DNA of 64,000 nt from Terriglobales bacterium. GTDB lineage: Bacteria > Acidobacteriota > Terriglobia > Terriglobales > Acidobacteriaceae. Shown piece by piece: positions 47,627-56,600 of this stretch; within the stretch, counting starts at the first letter, position 1, and each line of letters opens with the position of its first letter. The translations under genes were made by a program, and so were the position numbers. The stretch covers positions 100-64,099 of the forward strand of contig JBEKLO010000012.1 in the NCBI GenBank assembly GCA_050010155.1. The letters are read 5' to 3'. Below the pieces are notes generated by a model. That model searched no databases. It saw only the letters and a program-made list of their open reading frames with translations, and had not been told where the DNA came from.

Positions 47627-48457
47627 CTAGAACTGCAATGGATTCATGTACCAGCTCAGGGCATTGGTCGGAACGTACTTGCGGATCTTTGAAATGCGGC
47701 TCTGCGGCACAAAAACAAAATCGCCGGCCTGAAGGTGAAGGTCTTCGTGAAGATTCCGCGAATTCAGCATCTTCTTCACGTTAATTACGTGAGATTCAGC
47801 GACGTCCGAAGAAATCCGCCGAAACACAACCACCTGCGAATGAAGTGCCTGCTGCGTAAAACCGCCGGCAATCGCCACCGCTTCATTGACAGTCAGATCC
47901 CCTCTCAACTCGTATTTTCCCGGCCGCGCCACCTCTCCCGACGCCAGGAAGTACGGCTTGTCAAAATCCTTCAAGGTCACGGTGACCTCCGGATCGTGCA
48001 GGAAACCGCGGTAAGCATCGGCAACCGCCCGCTGCATCTGGGGAACCGTGAATCCCTCCACAAACAGTGTTCCCGCGCCTCTCAGTGCCACAAAGCCATC
48101 GGGTTGCACGGTCAATGTCTGATTGAAGTCCGGAGAAAACGTGAAATTTACATCCACGATGTCCGATTTCGTAAGCCGGTAAAGCGGGTGGCGTTCCCCT
48201 CCGAATGCGGGATCTCCCTTGCCACTCGCTTTTCCGGGTTGTGTGATCGCTCCGTTCGCGGAAACGCTCGTGTCGGACCGGTCCTGGCTCTGCGAGCTCT
48301 CCGCTGCCGCGATCTTGCCGGCTGGCGGAGCAGAGAACACAGGGGCCGAAATAGTTGGCGGCACGGTTTCCTGAGCGGAGACGACCACGGCGAGCTGCAG
48401 GATGAGCATCCCTGCGGCCCCCAAAACTACGTGTCTGGTCAATCCGTTCATCTCCAC
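47627..48457 (-). CDS. Short outer-membrane polysaccharide export (OPX) protein: Poly_export + SLBB
   Basis: YRLTKSDIVDVNF...PDGFVALRGAGTLFVEGFT (PES-type) and SLBB-like GEVARPGKYEL.... Only 276 aa, with no Wza-like C-terminal helix. Confidence 0.82.
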   Translation of the reverse strand: MEMNGLTRHVVLGAAGMLILQLAVVVSAQETVPPTISAPVFSAPPAGKIAAAESSQSQDRSDTSVSANGAITQPGKASGKGDPAFGGERHPLYRLTKSDIVDVNFTFSPDFNQTLTVQPDGFVALRGAGTLFVEGFTVPQMQRAVADAYRGFLHDPEVTVTLKDFDKPYFLASGEVARPGKYELRGDLTVNEAVAIAGGFTQQALHSQVVVFRRISSDVAESHVINVKKMLNSRNLHEDLHLQAGDFVFVPQSRISKIRKYVPTNALSWYMNPLQF

Positions 48458-48746
48458 ACTCTCACCGCTGCTCAGAACGGCGAACTAAAGCAGCTCGGGC
48501 TTCTGAGCTGTTTGCAACGAAGGTATCGTTGCGTCCCGAACGCAACAAGACTTGGAAAGTACTGTCCACCGCCGTACAGGGCGCGTTCCAGCCACTAGAA
48601 AGGTGATGAAATCTTCGGACCATGCGCCTGATTGGGGTTTCGGGGCATGAGCAAAATCCGGCTGGGAGGGTACCGGTCCAAAACGCGTACACCAGCGTAG
48701 GCCCTCGAAAGTAGACACCCTGTGCCGGATATGTCACAAACGGAAT

Positions 48747-49526
48747 GTGATGGGGCCTACATACGGTCCGTGCGCTTTCGGCCATGATCGGTCTGTGAAA
48801 AACACGCGCTCCGAGAAACAGGCTGTGGAAATTCCGGCAGTTGTCACCGAGACGGTGAAGATTCTGATCGCCGATTCGGGCCCCATTCAGTCTCAACTCT
48901 TGACCCGGGCCCTGAAAGTCCGGCGAGACTTTCAGGTTTCCGCTGTTGCCTTGGAGACATCCGCTCTTCGAAACTTCCTGCAATCGAATCCCGCCGACGT
49001 GGTCCTGATTGCAGGGAACCACCTGCCCGATTTGAGTTTGCTGCGCTGGCTACGCGTTTCCTATCCGAAAGTCGCGCCCGTGCTGCTGGCCGAGAACGAT
49101 GACCGCGAGCTGGTGGTCAATGCTTTGCGGGCGGGCGCCAAGGGTATTTTTCTTTTTGCCGATACTCCCTTTGCGATGCTGTGCAAGTGCATCCAGTGCG
49201 TGTTCCGGGGAGAGGTCTGGATCAATAGTCAGCAGATGAATTACGTGCTCGACGCTCTCTCGGAGGTGCCCACCCTGCGCGTCGTCAACTCCACTGGCAG
49301 GTCTTTGTTGACTCCACGCGAAGAGCAGGTGGTTGCGCTCGTGGCCGATGGCTTGACCAACCGCGGTGTCGCCGGCGAACTCGGGCTCAGTGAACACACC
49401 ATCAAGAAATACCTGCTGCGCATCTTCGACAAGGTGGGGATCTCGAGCCGGGTAGAACTCGTCCTGTACGCCATGGCGCACGGCGAAAATCGTCCGGCAG
49501 AGTGGATGCCCAGTGGAAATGCCTAG
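48747..49526 (+). CDS. LuxR/NarL-type regulator with a degenerate (pseudo-)receiver domain
   Basis: C-terminal LTPREEQVVALVADGLTNRGVAGELGLSEHTIKKYL LuxR HTH. The receiver-like N-terminus has VVLIAGNHLP where the phospho-Asp (LLDLxMP) is expected, and lacks the conserved T/S and K. Confidence 0.8.
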   Translation: MMGPTYGPCAFGHDRSVKNTRSEKQAVEIPAVVTETVKILIADSGPIQSQLLTRALKVRRDFQVSAVALETSALRNFLQSNPADVVLIAGNHLPDLSLLRWLRVSYPKVAPVLLAENDDRELVVNALRAGAKGIFLFADTPFAMLCKCIQCVFRGEVWINSQQMNYVLDALSEVPTLRVVNSTGRSLLTPREEQVVALVADGLTNRGVAGELGLSEHTIKKYLLRIFDKVGISSRVELVLYAMAHGENRPAEWMPSGNA

Positions 49527-49583
49527 GCGCAAAAAGAGCTGAGGCGGATACAATGGCGGCATGCATAGGCGCGAGGAGATCGC

Positions 49584-49997
49584 TTGGTGACCGGTTCCGG
49601 GCCCCCGGCCCTATCTCCGTCCAAGGTCGCGCGCCGCTGGACCGTAATCGCCTCGGGTCTCCTTCTTCTTGCGCTGGCGCTGGTCGTGATCTATACCCGG
49701 CCGAATGCGTTCTTGAGTCCCGTCGCTTTGGTCGTGGTGGCTGCGATCGGGCTGGCTGCGCTACTGCTCCAGGTTCGGTTCCGCCGCGAGCTTCCGCATA
49801 TTCATTCTCCTCTCTGGCTCAACGTTCTCGGTCTTGTCTGTGCCATGGTTGCGCTGTTCGCGGATAACCTCCGCTTGACGCGCCGTGCGCTCGATCTGGT
49901 AGCGTTCGCCGCCGTGTTCTGTTTCGGCGTCAGCGGAGCACTCATCCTGCGAGCCTTGCGCCGCCGCGGGCGGGCACCGCAGCCTGAAACTGAGTAG
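49584..49997 (+). CDS. Hypothetical membrane protein (about 4 TM helices)
   Basis: Hydrophobic segments. TTG/GTG start. No motif recognised. Confidence 0.5.
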   Translation: MVTGSGPPALSPSKVARRWTVIASGLLLLALALVVIYTRPNAFLSPVALVVVAAIGLAALLLQVRFRRELPHIHSPLWLNVLGLVCAMVALFADNLRLTRRALDLVAFAAVFCFGVSGALILRALRRRGRAPQPETE

Positions 49998-50076
49998 CGG
50001 CGGGAGTCTCGAACCGCAAATTGCGGCGCGAAGGCAAGAATTCAACCCCTCGGAGTTCCCCATTTACAATGCAGCT

Positions 50077-50940
50077 ATGCGCGTTACCCTCTTCGGAGCC
50101 TCGGGTTTACTCGGCCAAGATTTGGTGCGAGAACTGAGCCGTGAGCACGAGCCATTGACCGCGCTGTCTTCGAAAGACGCCGACCTGCGCGACCGCGCGC
50201 GCGTTCGCACCGTGATTCGTGATTCCCGTCCCGAATGGATTCTCCTGTCCGCCGCCTACACCGACGTCGATGGCTGTGAGTCGAACCGCGACCGCGCCTT
50301 CGCGGTGAATTGCGAGGGCGCCGTCAATGTAGCTGAAGCAGCTCGCGAAGCGGGATCACGACTATTGGTTCTGAGCACGGATTACGTTTTTGATGGCGCC
50401 AAACGATCGCCTTACCAGACCACCGACCCGAGAAATCCAACAGGTGTTTACGGCGAGAGCAAAGCCCGTGCCGAAGAGCGGCTCCTCGAGATTCTGCCCG
50501 AGGTTTGCATCGTCCGTACCTCGTGGCTGTTCGGTCACGCAGGCAAGTGCTTTCCCGCAACCATTCTGAAGCTGGCGTCCACCCGCCCAGAAATTTCCGT
50601 AGTAAACGATCAGCGAGGCAGCCCGACCTTCACGCGCGATCTCGCAACCGCCCTCGTTAGACTCTGCCGGGCGGATGCGCGCGGCATCGTGCACGTCACC
50701 AATTCCGGCAACTGCACCTGGTACGAGTTCGGCACCGAAATCGTGCGCGCATCCGGCCTGCCGTGCGTGGTCAAACCTGTGACCACCGCCGAATTTCCCC
50801 GTCCGGCGAGGCGTCCAGCCTATTCGGTTCTATCGCCCGAAAGCCTGCACGCCTACAACATCCACATGCCCGATTGGCAGGACGCCCTGCGCCGCTACCT
50901 CGAAAGCGCTTCCACTGCTTCCATGGTTTCGACCGTCTAA
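50077..50940 (+). CDS. rfbD: dTDP-4-dehydrorhamnose reductase
   Basis: MRVTLFGASGLLG Rossmann N-terminus, STDYVFDG and GVYGESKARAE (YxxxK) motifs. Confidence 0.9.
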   Translation: MRVTLFGASGLLGQDLVRELSREHEPLTALSSKDADLRDRARVRTVIRDSRPEWILLSAAYTDVDGCESNRDRAFAVNCEGAVNVAEAAREAGSRLLVLSTDYVFDGAKRSPYQTTDPRNPTGVYGESKARAEERLLEILPEVCIVRTSWLFGHAGKCFPATILKLASTRPEISVVNDQRGSPTFTRDLATALVRLCRADARGIVHVTNSGNCTWYEFGTEIVRASGLPCVVKPVTTAEFPRPARRPAYSVLSPESLHAYNIHMPDWQDALRRYLESASTASMVSTV

Positions 50941-51013
50941 TCCTCGTAAGTCTCGCCCCGCTGTCCAATCGTTGCCGCCGTGGTTTATCCTAACTTTTCT
51001 TTGGGGGTCAATC

Positions 51014-54000
51014 GTGAACCAACGATGCTTATGGATTCTGCTCGCCGAGCTATGCCTTTTGCTTTTTCCATTCCAGCTTTCTGCCCAGTCGTACGACCCG
51101 TCCATGTATCAGGATCTCCACTGGCGCATGATCGGCCCCTTCCGCGGCGGCCGCACCGTCGCAATTTCCGGAGTTCCCGGCCAGCCCAACGTCTTCTACA
51201 TGGCGCCGAACAATGGCGGAGTTTGGAAGACTACGGACTTCGGCCACACCTGGAATCCGATCTTTGATGGTCAGCCCAAGAACAATCAGCCGAACGATCT
51301 GCCTTCAGGTTCAATCGGAGCGCTCGCCGTTGCGCCGTCGAATCCCAACACGATCTATGTGGGCAGCGGAGAAGGCCTGCGCCGTCCCGATCTCTCCACC
51401 GGCAACGGTATCTACAAGTCGACCGATGCCGGCCGTACCTGGCAGCATCTGGGATTACGCGATGCCCAGCAAATCGCGTCCATCATCGTCGATCCTAAAG
51501 ATGCCAATCGCCTCTTCGTCGCCGCTCAAGGACATCCCTACGGTCCGAACCCTGAGCGCGGAATCTTCCGCTCGCGCGACGGCGGTCAGACCTTCCAGAA
51601 AGTTCTCTACAAAGATGAAAACGTCGGTGGCATGGATCTAGTCTTCGATCCCCGCAACTCGCAGATCATCTTCGCCAGCATGTGGTCCTCGCGCCGTCCA
51701 CCGTGGACCACCGGAGGCGGCTACAACGGCCCTGGCAGCGGTCTCTATAAGTCAACCGATGGCGGAGACAACTGGCGCCAACTCACCAAAGGATTGCCCG
51801 GCGAAGCGGAAGGCATCGGACGCATCGGTCCCACCGTTTCTCCCAGCGATCCCGACCGAATGTATGCGTGGGTGAATGCCAAGAAAGGCAGCGGCATTTA
51901 CCGCTCCGACGATGCTGGTGAAAGCTGGCAGCAGGTGAATGACGAAGGCCGCATCTGGGGGCGCGGCGACGACTTCGGCTGCGTGCGCGTCGATCCAAAA
52001 AATAAAGACGTGATCTACGTGGCCAACACCTCGACTTACCGCTCTACTGACGCTGGCAAGAACTTCACCGCCATCAAAGGCGCTCCCGGAGGCGACGACT
52101 ACCATACCATCTGGATTAATCCTCAGATTCCAGACATCATCGCGCTTGCCGTCGACCAGGGCGCAACCATCACCGTGAATGGCGGCCAGACCTGGAGTTC
52201 CTGGTATAACCAGCCGACCGCGCAGTTCTATCACGTCATCACCGACGATCAGTTTCCTTACTGGGTTTACGGCGGACAGCAGGAAAGCGGTTCCGTCGGC
52301 ACTGCCAGCCGCAGCGACTTCGGCGAAATCACCTTCCGCGACTGGACGACCCTCGGCGTAGAAGAATACGGCTACGTCGCGCCCGATCCGCTGCATCCCA
52401 ACCTGATCTACGGCGGCAAGACGACCGTATTCGACCGCAATACCGGCCAGACCCGTGACGTTTCACCCGTGGTTCTGCGCACTGGAGAATATCGCTTCAA
52501 TCGCACCGCGCCGCTGATTTTCTCGCGAGCCGATCCACACGTGCTGTATCTGGGATCGAACGTGCTCTTCTCAACCCGCGACGGCGGCAACAGTTGGCAG
52601 ATCATCAGTCCCGACCTCACCCGTGAAGATCCCGGAGTTCCCGCGACGCTGGGCCCGTTCGTCGCCGACGATCCCGCCAAAGGCAAGCATCGCGGAGTGA
52701 TCTATTCGCTGGCTCCGTCGCCCAAAGACGCCAACCTGATCTGGGCCGGAACCGACGATGGCTTGATCCAGGTAACGCGCGATGGCGGCAAGACCTGGCA
52801 GAACGTCACGCCTCCAGAGCTGACACCGTGGAGCAAGCTCGCGCAACTGGACGCGTCACATTTCGACACTGCAACCGTCTATGCTGCGGTGAACCGCTTC
52901 CGCCTCGACGACCTGCATCCTTATATCTATCGCACGCACGACGGCGGCAAGAGTTGGCAGAAGATCGTCAGCGGATTACCTGACGAGCCCGTCAACACTG
53001 TGCGCGAAGATCCCGCGCACAAGGGCTTGCTTTTTGCCGGCACCGAACGCAGCGTCTATGTCTCATGGGATGACGGCGACCATTGGCAGTCGCTGCAAAT
53101 GAATCTGCCGCCAACTTCCATTCGCGATCTGGTCATTCATCACGACGACGTAGTAGTCGGAACCCATGGCCGTTCGTTCTGGATCCTCGATAACATCACG
53201 CCTCTTCGCCAGTTCAACTCCGAGGTTGCGAATGCTCCGGCGCACCTTTTCAAGCCGCAACTCACCTATCGCGTGCGCCGCAACAACAATCCCGACACGC
53301 CGCTGCCGCCGGAAGAACCTGCCGGACAGAATCCTCCCGATGGCGCGATGATCGACTACTCGCTGAAAGCTGCGCCTTCCGGACCTGTCACTCTGGAAAT
53401 TGTCGATGCGTCGTCGGGAAAAGTCGTGCGCCACTTTTCAAGCGCCGACAAACCCGAACCAGTCGATCCGAAAGAATTGAATGTTCCGATGTACTGGGTT
53501 CGTCCGGCGCGAACCTTGTCGGCTGCTCCTGGAATGCATCGCTTCCTTTGGGACCTGACTTATCCCGCGCCCGACGTTCTCGATCACGACTATCCCATTT
53601 CCGCCATTTACCACGACACGCCGCGCTATCCGTTGGGCGCGACGGTATTGCCCGGCGAGTATAAAGTCGTGCTCTCAGTCAACGGCAAAACTTATATGCA
53701 AAACTTCGAGATCAAAATGGATCCGCGAGTGAAGACGTCTCCCGAGGATCTGCGCCGCCAATTCGATTTCGACCGCAAAATTGCTGACGCGCTTCACCGG
53801 GATTTCGAAGCCCTGCAACAGGTGCGCAGCCTGCGAGCGCAGTTGAAGGCGCTGGCGAACTCGCCGGATGCAATCAAAAAAGCAGCCGCTGACCTGGAAG
53901 CAAAAGCTGCTCCCATCGAAGGGCAAGGAGGCGGTTACGGCTCGCGCTACCTGAGCACTCCCGCAGGCCGCAGCTTGTCGCGCCTGAATAGCGGATTCAA

Positions 54001-54235
54001 TGCGGTAGTAAGCGCTCTCGATACGGCCGATGCAGCGCCGACTACGCAGCAAGTCGCCATGTTCGGAGAATTGAACAAAGCTCTGGAAGAGCAGTTGTCC
54101 GCGTGGGCGAAGCTCAAGTCGAAAGACATTCCCGAACTGAACGAGCTACTGAAGAAAGCGGGACAGCCCGCGATCGATCTGCAGAAAGCGGTTTCAGGAT
54201 CAGCGGATGAGGACGACTCGCAGGATCGGGACTAG
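51014..54235 (+). CDS. Secreted BNR/Asp-box repeat protein (sortilin/VPS10- or GH74-like tandem beta-propellers)
   Basis: At least 10 SxDxGxTW-type Asp boxes (TTDFGHTW, STDAGRTW, SRDGGQTF, STDGGDNW...). GTG 51014 gives a typical signal peptide (NQRCLWILLAELCLLLFPFQLSAQ). The ORF opens at TTG 50972. Confidence 0.85.
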   Translation: MNQRCLWILLAELCLLLFPFQLSAQSYDPSMYQDLHWRMIGPFRGGRTVAISGVPGQPNVFYMAPNNGGVWKTTDFGHTWNPIFDGQPKNNQPNDLPSGSIGALAVAPSNPNTIYVGSGEGLRRPDLSTGNGIYKSTDAGRTWQHLGLRDAQQIASIIVDPKDANRLFVAAQGHPYGPNPERGIFRSRDGGQTFQKVLYKDENVGGMDLVFDPRNSQIIFASMWSSRRPPWTTGGGYNGPGSGLYKSTDGGDNWRQLTKGLPGEAEGIGRIGPTVSPSDPDRMYAWVNAKKGSGIYRSDDAGESWQQVNDEGRIWGRGDDFGCVRVDPKNKDVIYVANTSTYRSTDAGKNFTAIKGAPGGDDYHTIWINPQIPDIIALAVDQGATITVNGGQTWSSWYNQPTAQFYHVITDDQFPYWVYGGQQESGSVGTASRSDFGEITFRDWTTLGVEEYGYVAPDPLHPNLIYGGKTTVFDRNTGQTRDVSPVVLRTGEYRFNRTAPLIFSRADPHVLYLGSNVLFSTRDGGNSWQIISPDLTREDPGVPATLGPFVADDPAKGKHRGVIYSLAPSPKDANLIWAGTDDGLIQVTRDGGKTWQNVTPPELTPWSKLAQLDASHFDTATVYAAVNRFRLDDLHPYIYRTHDGGKSWQKIVSGLPDEPVNTVREDPAHKGLLFAGTERSVYVSWDDGDHWQSLQMNLPPTSIRDLVIHHDDVVVGTHGRSFWILDNITPLRQFNSEVANAPAHLFKPQLTYRVRRNNNPDTPLPPEEPAGQNPPDGAMIDYSLKAAPSGPVTLEIVDASSGKVVRHFSSADKPEPVDPKELNVPMYWVRPARTLSAAPGMHRFLWDLTYPAPDVLDHDYPISAIYHDTPRYPLGATVLPGEYKVVLSVNGKTYMQNFEIKMDPRVKTSPEDLRRQFDFDRKIADALHRDFEALQQVRSLRAQLKALANSPDAIKKAAADLEAKAAPIEGQGGGYGSRYLSTPAGRSLSRLNSGFNAVVSALDTADAAPTTQQVAMFGELNKALEEQLSAWAKLKSKDIPELNELLKKAGQPAIDLQKAVSGSADEDDSQDRD

Positions 54236-54339
54236 AAGGAGGAACAGGTTCGTGAGATCCTGGCGCGGACAAGTCGGTTTGGACCCCTCCGTTCGCGGTC
54301 TTTCAGAATCAGTGACTTAGCGCCTGAAAAGCGCCAGGT

Positions 54340-54352
54340 CTTTGAGGAATAA
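54340..54352 (+). repeat. 13-nt direct repeat CTTTGAGGAATAA, copy 1
   Basis: Identical 13-mer recurs at 54712-54724. The pair brackets the Cys-rich mini-ORF. Confidence 0.7.
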
Positions 54353-54363
54353 GGACTTAGATG

Positions 54364-54389
54364 TAAGCTATTTATAAATCAATAGCTTA
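54364..54389. repeat. Palindrome TAAGCTATT-N8-AATAGCTTA in the AT-rich islet
   Basis: Perfect 9-bp arms (54364-54372 and 54381-54389). Confidence 0.75.
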
Positions 54390-54497
54390 GAGAGAATTTC
54401 GGCACTTCCTATTGCTGCGTTGATTGATCGGCTAAACATCACCCGGAGAGGTGACTTCAGGTACAGACAGACAGGTTACCGCTGGTTATCCTGCTAC

Positions 54498-54665
54498 ATG
54501 GCCGAAGCAAAGATGATTTTCCGACAGACTGATTCCGGTTTAACTGTGACCTGCGCCGACTGCAAGGCTATTGTCCTTGATCATCTGCTTTCCGAACGGG
54601 AGGCTTACTGTCGCGCTGGCGAATGCGTCGCTCACAAGTGCGAAGTTCAAGCGTTGGCTGCATAG
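54498..54665 (+). CDS. Possible 55-aa Cys-rich (zinc-ribbon-like) protein
   Basis: MAEAKMIFRQTDSGLTVTCADCKAIV...YCRAGECVAHKC has CxxC plus CxxxxCxxxxC spacing. It lies in a locally AT-rich segment. No SD checked. Confidence 0.3.
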   Translation: MAEAKMIFRQTDSGLTVTCADCKAIVLDHLLSEREAYCRAGECVAHKCEVQALAA

Positions 54666-54711
54666 AGTACCCGAATTCGAAGCGTGTTATGAACTTCGTT
54701 TCCCGCTAAGC

Positions 54712-54724
54712 CTTTGAGGAATAA
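54712..54724 (+). repeat. 13-nt direct repeat CTTTGAGGAATAA, copy 2
   Basis: Identical to 54340-54352. Embedded in the loop of the hairpin CCGCTAA...TTAGCGG. Confidence 0.7.
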
Positions 54725-54823
54725 ATATTTTAGCGGTCACTGAGGGGCATTCCGCAGTCTTTTGAGTTTTGGCGGGAGATCAGCAGCTCTCTTTTTCGCC
54801 ACTTTTCGTCCGGTCGCAGGAGG

Positions 54824-55150
54824 TTAGTCCACTTCGCCCAGTTGAACCACTGGAGACTCCGTTCGGCAACAAACCCCGTAGCGCTTCCAAAGCTGAAACC
54901 ACGGGCTATGTGCGAGCATTTCGTCGTGCCTGCGATTGGCAGCAGAGATGTCGCTTGCGCTGAGCGGCCTGATGTCCGGCGCTTCGAACATTTCCTGCAG
55001 CTGCTCAATCTCGTCGATGATGCGATCGGCGTCCATTTCGTCCCAATATCCGACATAATGGTGGCATTCGTCAATGGGACGGCGCCTGCAATGTGCTCCA
55101 ACACTCCTAAATCGGATACCCTTGTTGGATAAGGGGCTCGCCCGTGACAC
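54824..55150 (-). CDS. Hypothetical protein (frame choice uncertain)
   Basis: The 108-aa ORF has the most protein-like composition of three overlapping ORFs here (…MDADRIIDEIEQLQEMFEAPDIRPL…). Confidence 0.3.
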   Translation of the reverse strand: MSRASPLSNKGIRFRSVGAHCRRRPIDECHHYVGYWDEMDADRIIDEIEQLQEMFEAPDIRPLSASDISAANRRHDEMLAHSPWFQLWKRYGVCCRTESPVVQLGEVD

Positions 55151-55165
55151 TTCCCCTCATCAACC

Positions 55166-55919
55166 ATGTCTCAGCGATGGAATGCGGTTAGCTATGCCGA
55201 TCATGCTCATTTCGTGCCTGCGCTCGGCCAACCCGTGTTGGAATTGCTCCAGCCCCAGTCTGGCGAGCGCATCCTTGATCTGGGTTGCGGCGACGGCGCA
55301 CTGACGGAGAGACTCGTTGCGATGGGGGCGCAGGTGGTTGGCATTGATAATTCTCCGGACATGATCGCTGCTGCCCGTCAGCGCGGCCTTGACGCCAGAG
55401 TAACGGACGCCCGCGCGCTGGGGTTTGGAGAACGAGTTCGATGCCGTCTTTTCCAATGCTGTCCTGCATTGGATCAAGGACGGTCCGGATGCCCCGATTG
55501 CAGGTGCTTTCCGCGCTCTCAAGACTGGACGAAGATTCGTAGGCGAACTGGGCGGCCATGGGAACGTCGCCGCGATTACCGTCGCGCTCGTGGCTTCGCT
55601 GGAGCGCCGAGGCGTCAAAGATGCCGCTTCGTGGATTCCGTGGTACTTTCCGACCGTCGAAGAGTATGAACTGCGTCTGCGCCGTGCGGGATTCGTGCCC
55701 CGGAGTGTCGAACTGATTCCGCGCCCCACGCCTCTGCCCACGGGCATGCGCGGGTGGCTCGACATATTCGCCAATCCGTTCTGCGCCGCGCTGCCGGGTG
55801 AGGAGCGCGAGGCCTTTCTCGATGAAGTTACGGCGTTGCTCAAGCCCGTACTTTGCGGCGCGGATGGGCATTGGACTGCGGATTATACCCGCCTTCGCTT
55901 TGCGGCTATCAAACCCTGA
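55166..55919 (+). pseudogene. Class I SAM-dependent methyltransferase (trans-aconitate methyltransferase-like) disrupted by a 1-nt frameshift
   Basis: Frame A (55166-) gives ...ILDLGCGDGALTERL...DARALGFG. Frame B (from 55425) continues ENEFDAVFSNAVLHWIKD... to 55919. The junction lies within GGGTTTGGAG (55421-55430). Confidence 0.75.
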
Positions 55920-55955
55920 AGTCCGTCCCTGGAGGGCCATCAACGAAGATCCCCG

Positions 55956-56393
55956 TCAATGGGTGGCCGGCGATTTCGGATTCTCCACGACGATCTCGCG
56001 GTTGGCTTGGCACTCGACTGCGGGATCGAAAATCGCAACGCCCGCCAGATCATCCTTCGAAGCATGAAACTCCAGCGGAGGACGCTGCACCTTCGCGGGA
56101 AGTCCGGCGAACCTCACTTTCCCATCGGAGTTGGTTCCGGCTTCGAGATCGAGCCTTCGTATTCCGCCAAATCCATACTTGACATGAACTTTGACGGTGG
56201 CTCCGTAAATCGGTTTTCCGTCTCGGCTCCTAACCGTCAGTTCGACGGAGCACGGACCTGCACCGCCTTCTATGGCAGGAGCTTTTTCGGTTGACGGCGG
56301 CGCTTGAGACCAACAAAGCAGCGGGGCTGCAACAAGGATGGAGCATAGGACGCGGAGCATGCTGTTCATATGTTCACGATTATACGAGCGCAC
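55956..56393 (-). CDS. Secreted carboxypeptidase-regulatory-like (CarboxypepD_reg) domain protein
   Basis: Signal peptide (MNSMLRVLCSILVAAPLLCWSQA) and VELTVRSRDGKPIYGATVKV...TNSDGKVRFAGLP beta-sandwich pattern. The true start may be ATG 56369. Confidence 0.65.
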   Translation of the reverse strand: MRSYNREHMNSMLRVLCSILVAAPLLCWSQAPPSTEKAPAIEGGAGPCSVELTVRSRDGKPIYGATVKVHVKYGFGGIRRLDLEAGTNSDGKVRFAGLPAKVQRPPLEFHASKDDLAGVAIFDPAVECQANREIVVENPKSPATH

Positions 56394-56600
56394 CGAAGAG
56401 ACATCCGTTCTGTGATGTGAGGAAGCTCAGGATCAACATTTGAGGTGTGTCAGGGAATTCTGATGAGCGCATAGGCTGCCTCAAACTGTGCAATTTTGAA
56501 CAGACAGCCCCTTTTTCCTTCGCTATGCTTCTCCCTTACTTGGGTCAAAAGGGGTTTCACTGCAAGTCGCTAAGAAGGGTGACGGCAGTGATGCTCTCTG

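Noticed and set aside
46275-47630. 451-aa plus-strand ORF
   Set aside because: It is antisense to the Wzz/GumC-type PCP gene, which fits the operon context and TM/coiled-coil layout. The antisense product is Arg/Leu/Phe-rich with no motif.
48462-49022. 186-aa minus-strand ORF spanning the wza/LuxR intergenic region
   Set aside because: It overlaps the well-supported LuxR gene in antisense and has no coding-like composition. The intergenic part is better explained by small hairpins (for example GCAACGA-AGGTA-TCGTTGC at 48514-48532).
54236-55165. Mobile element or prophage remnant in the AT-rich islet
   Set aside because: No transposase, integrase, terminal inverted repeats of IS type or tRNA attachment site could be seen. 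It is kept only as a compositional and repeat anomaly in the findings.
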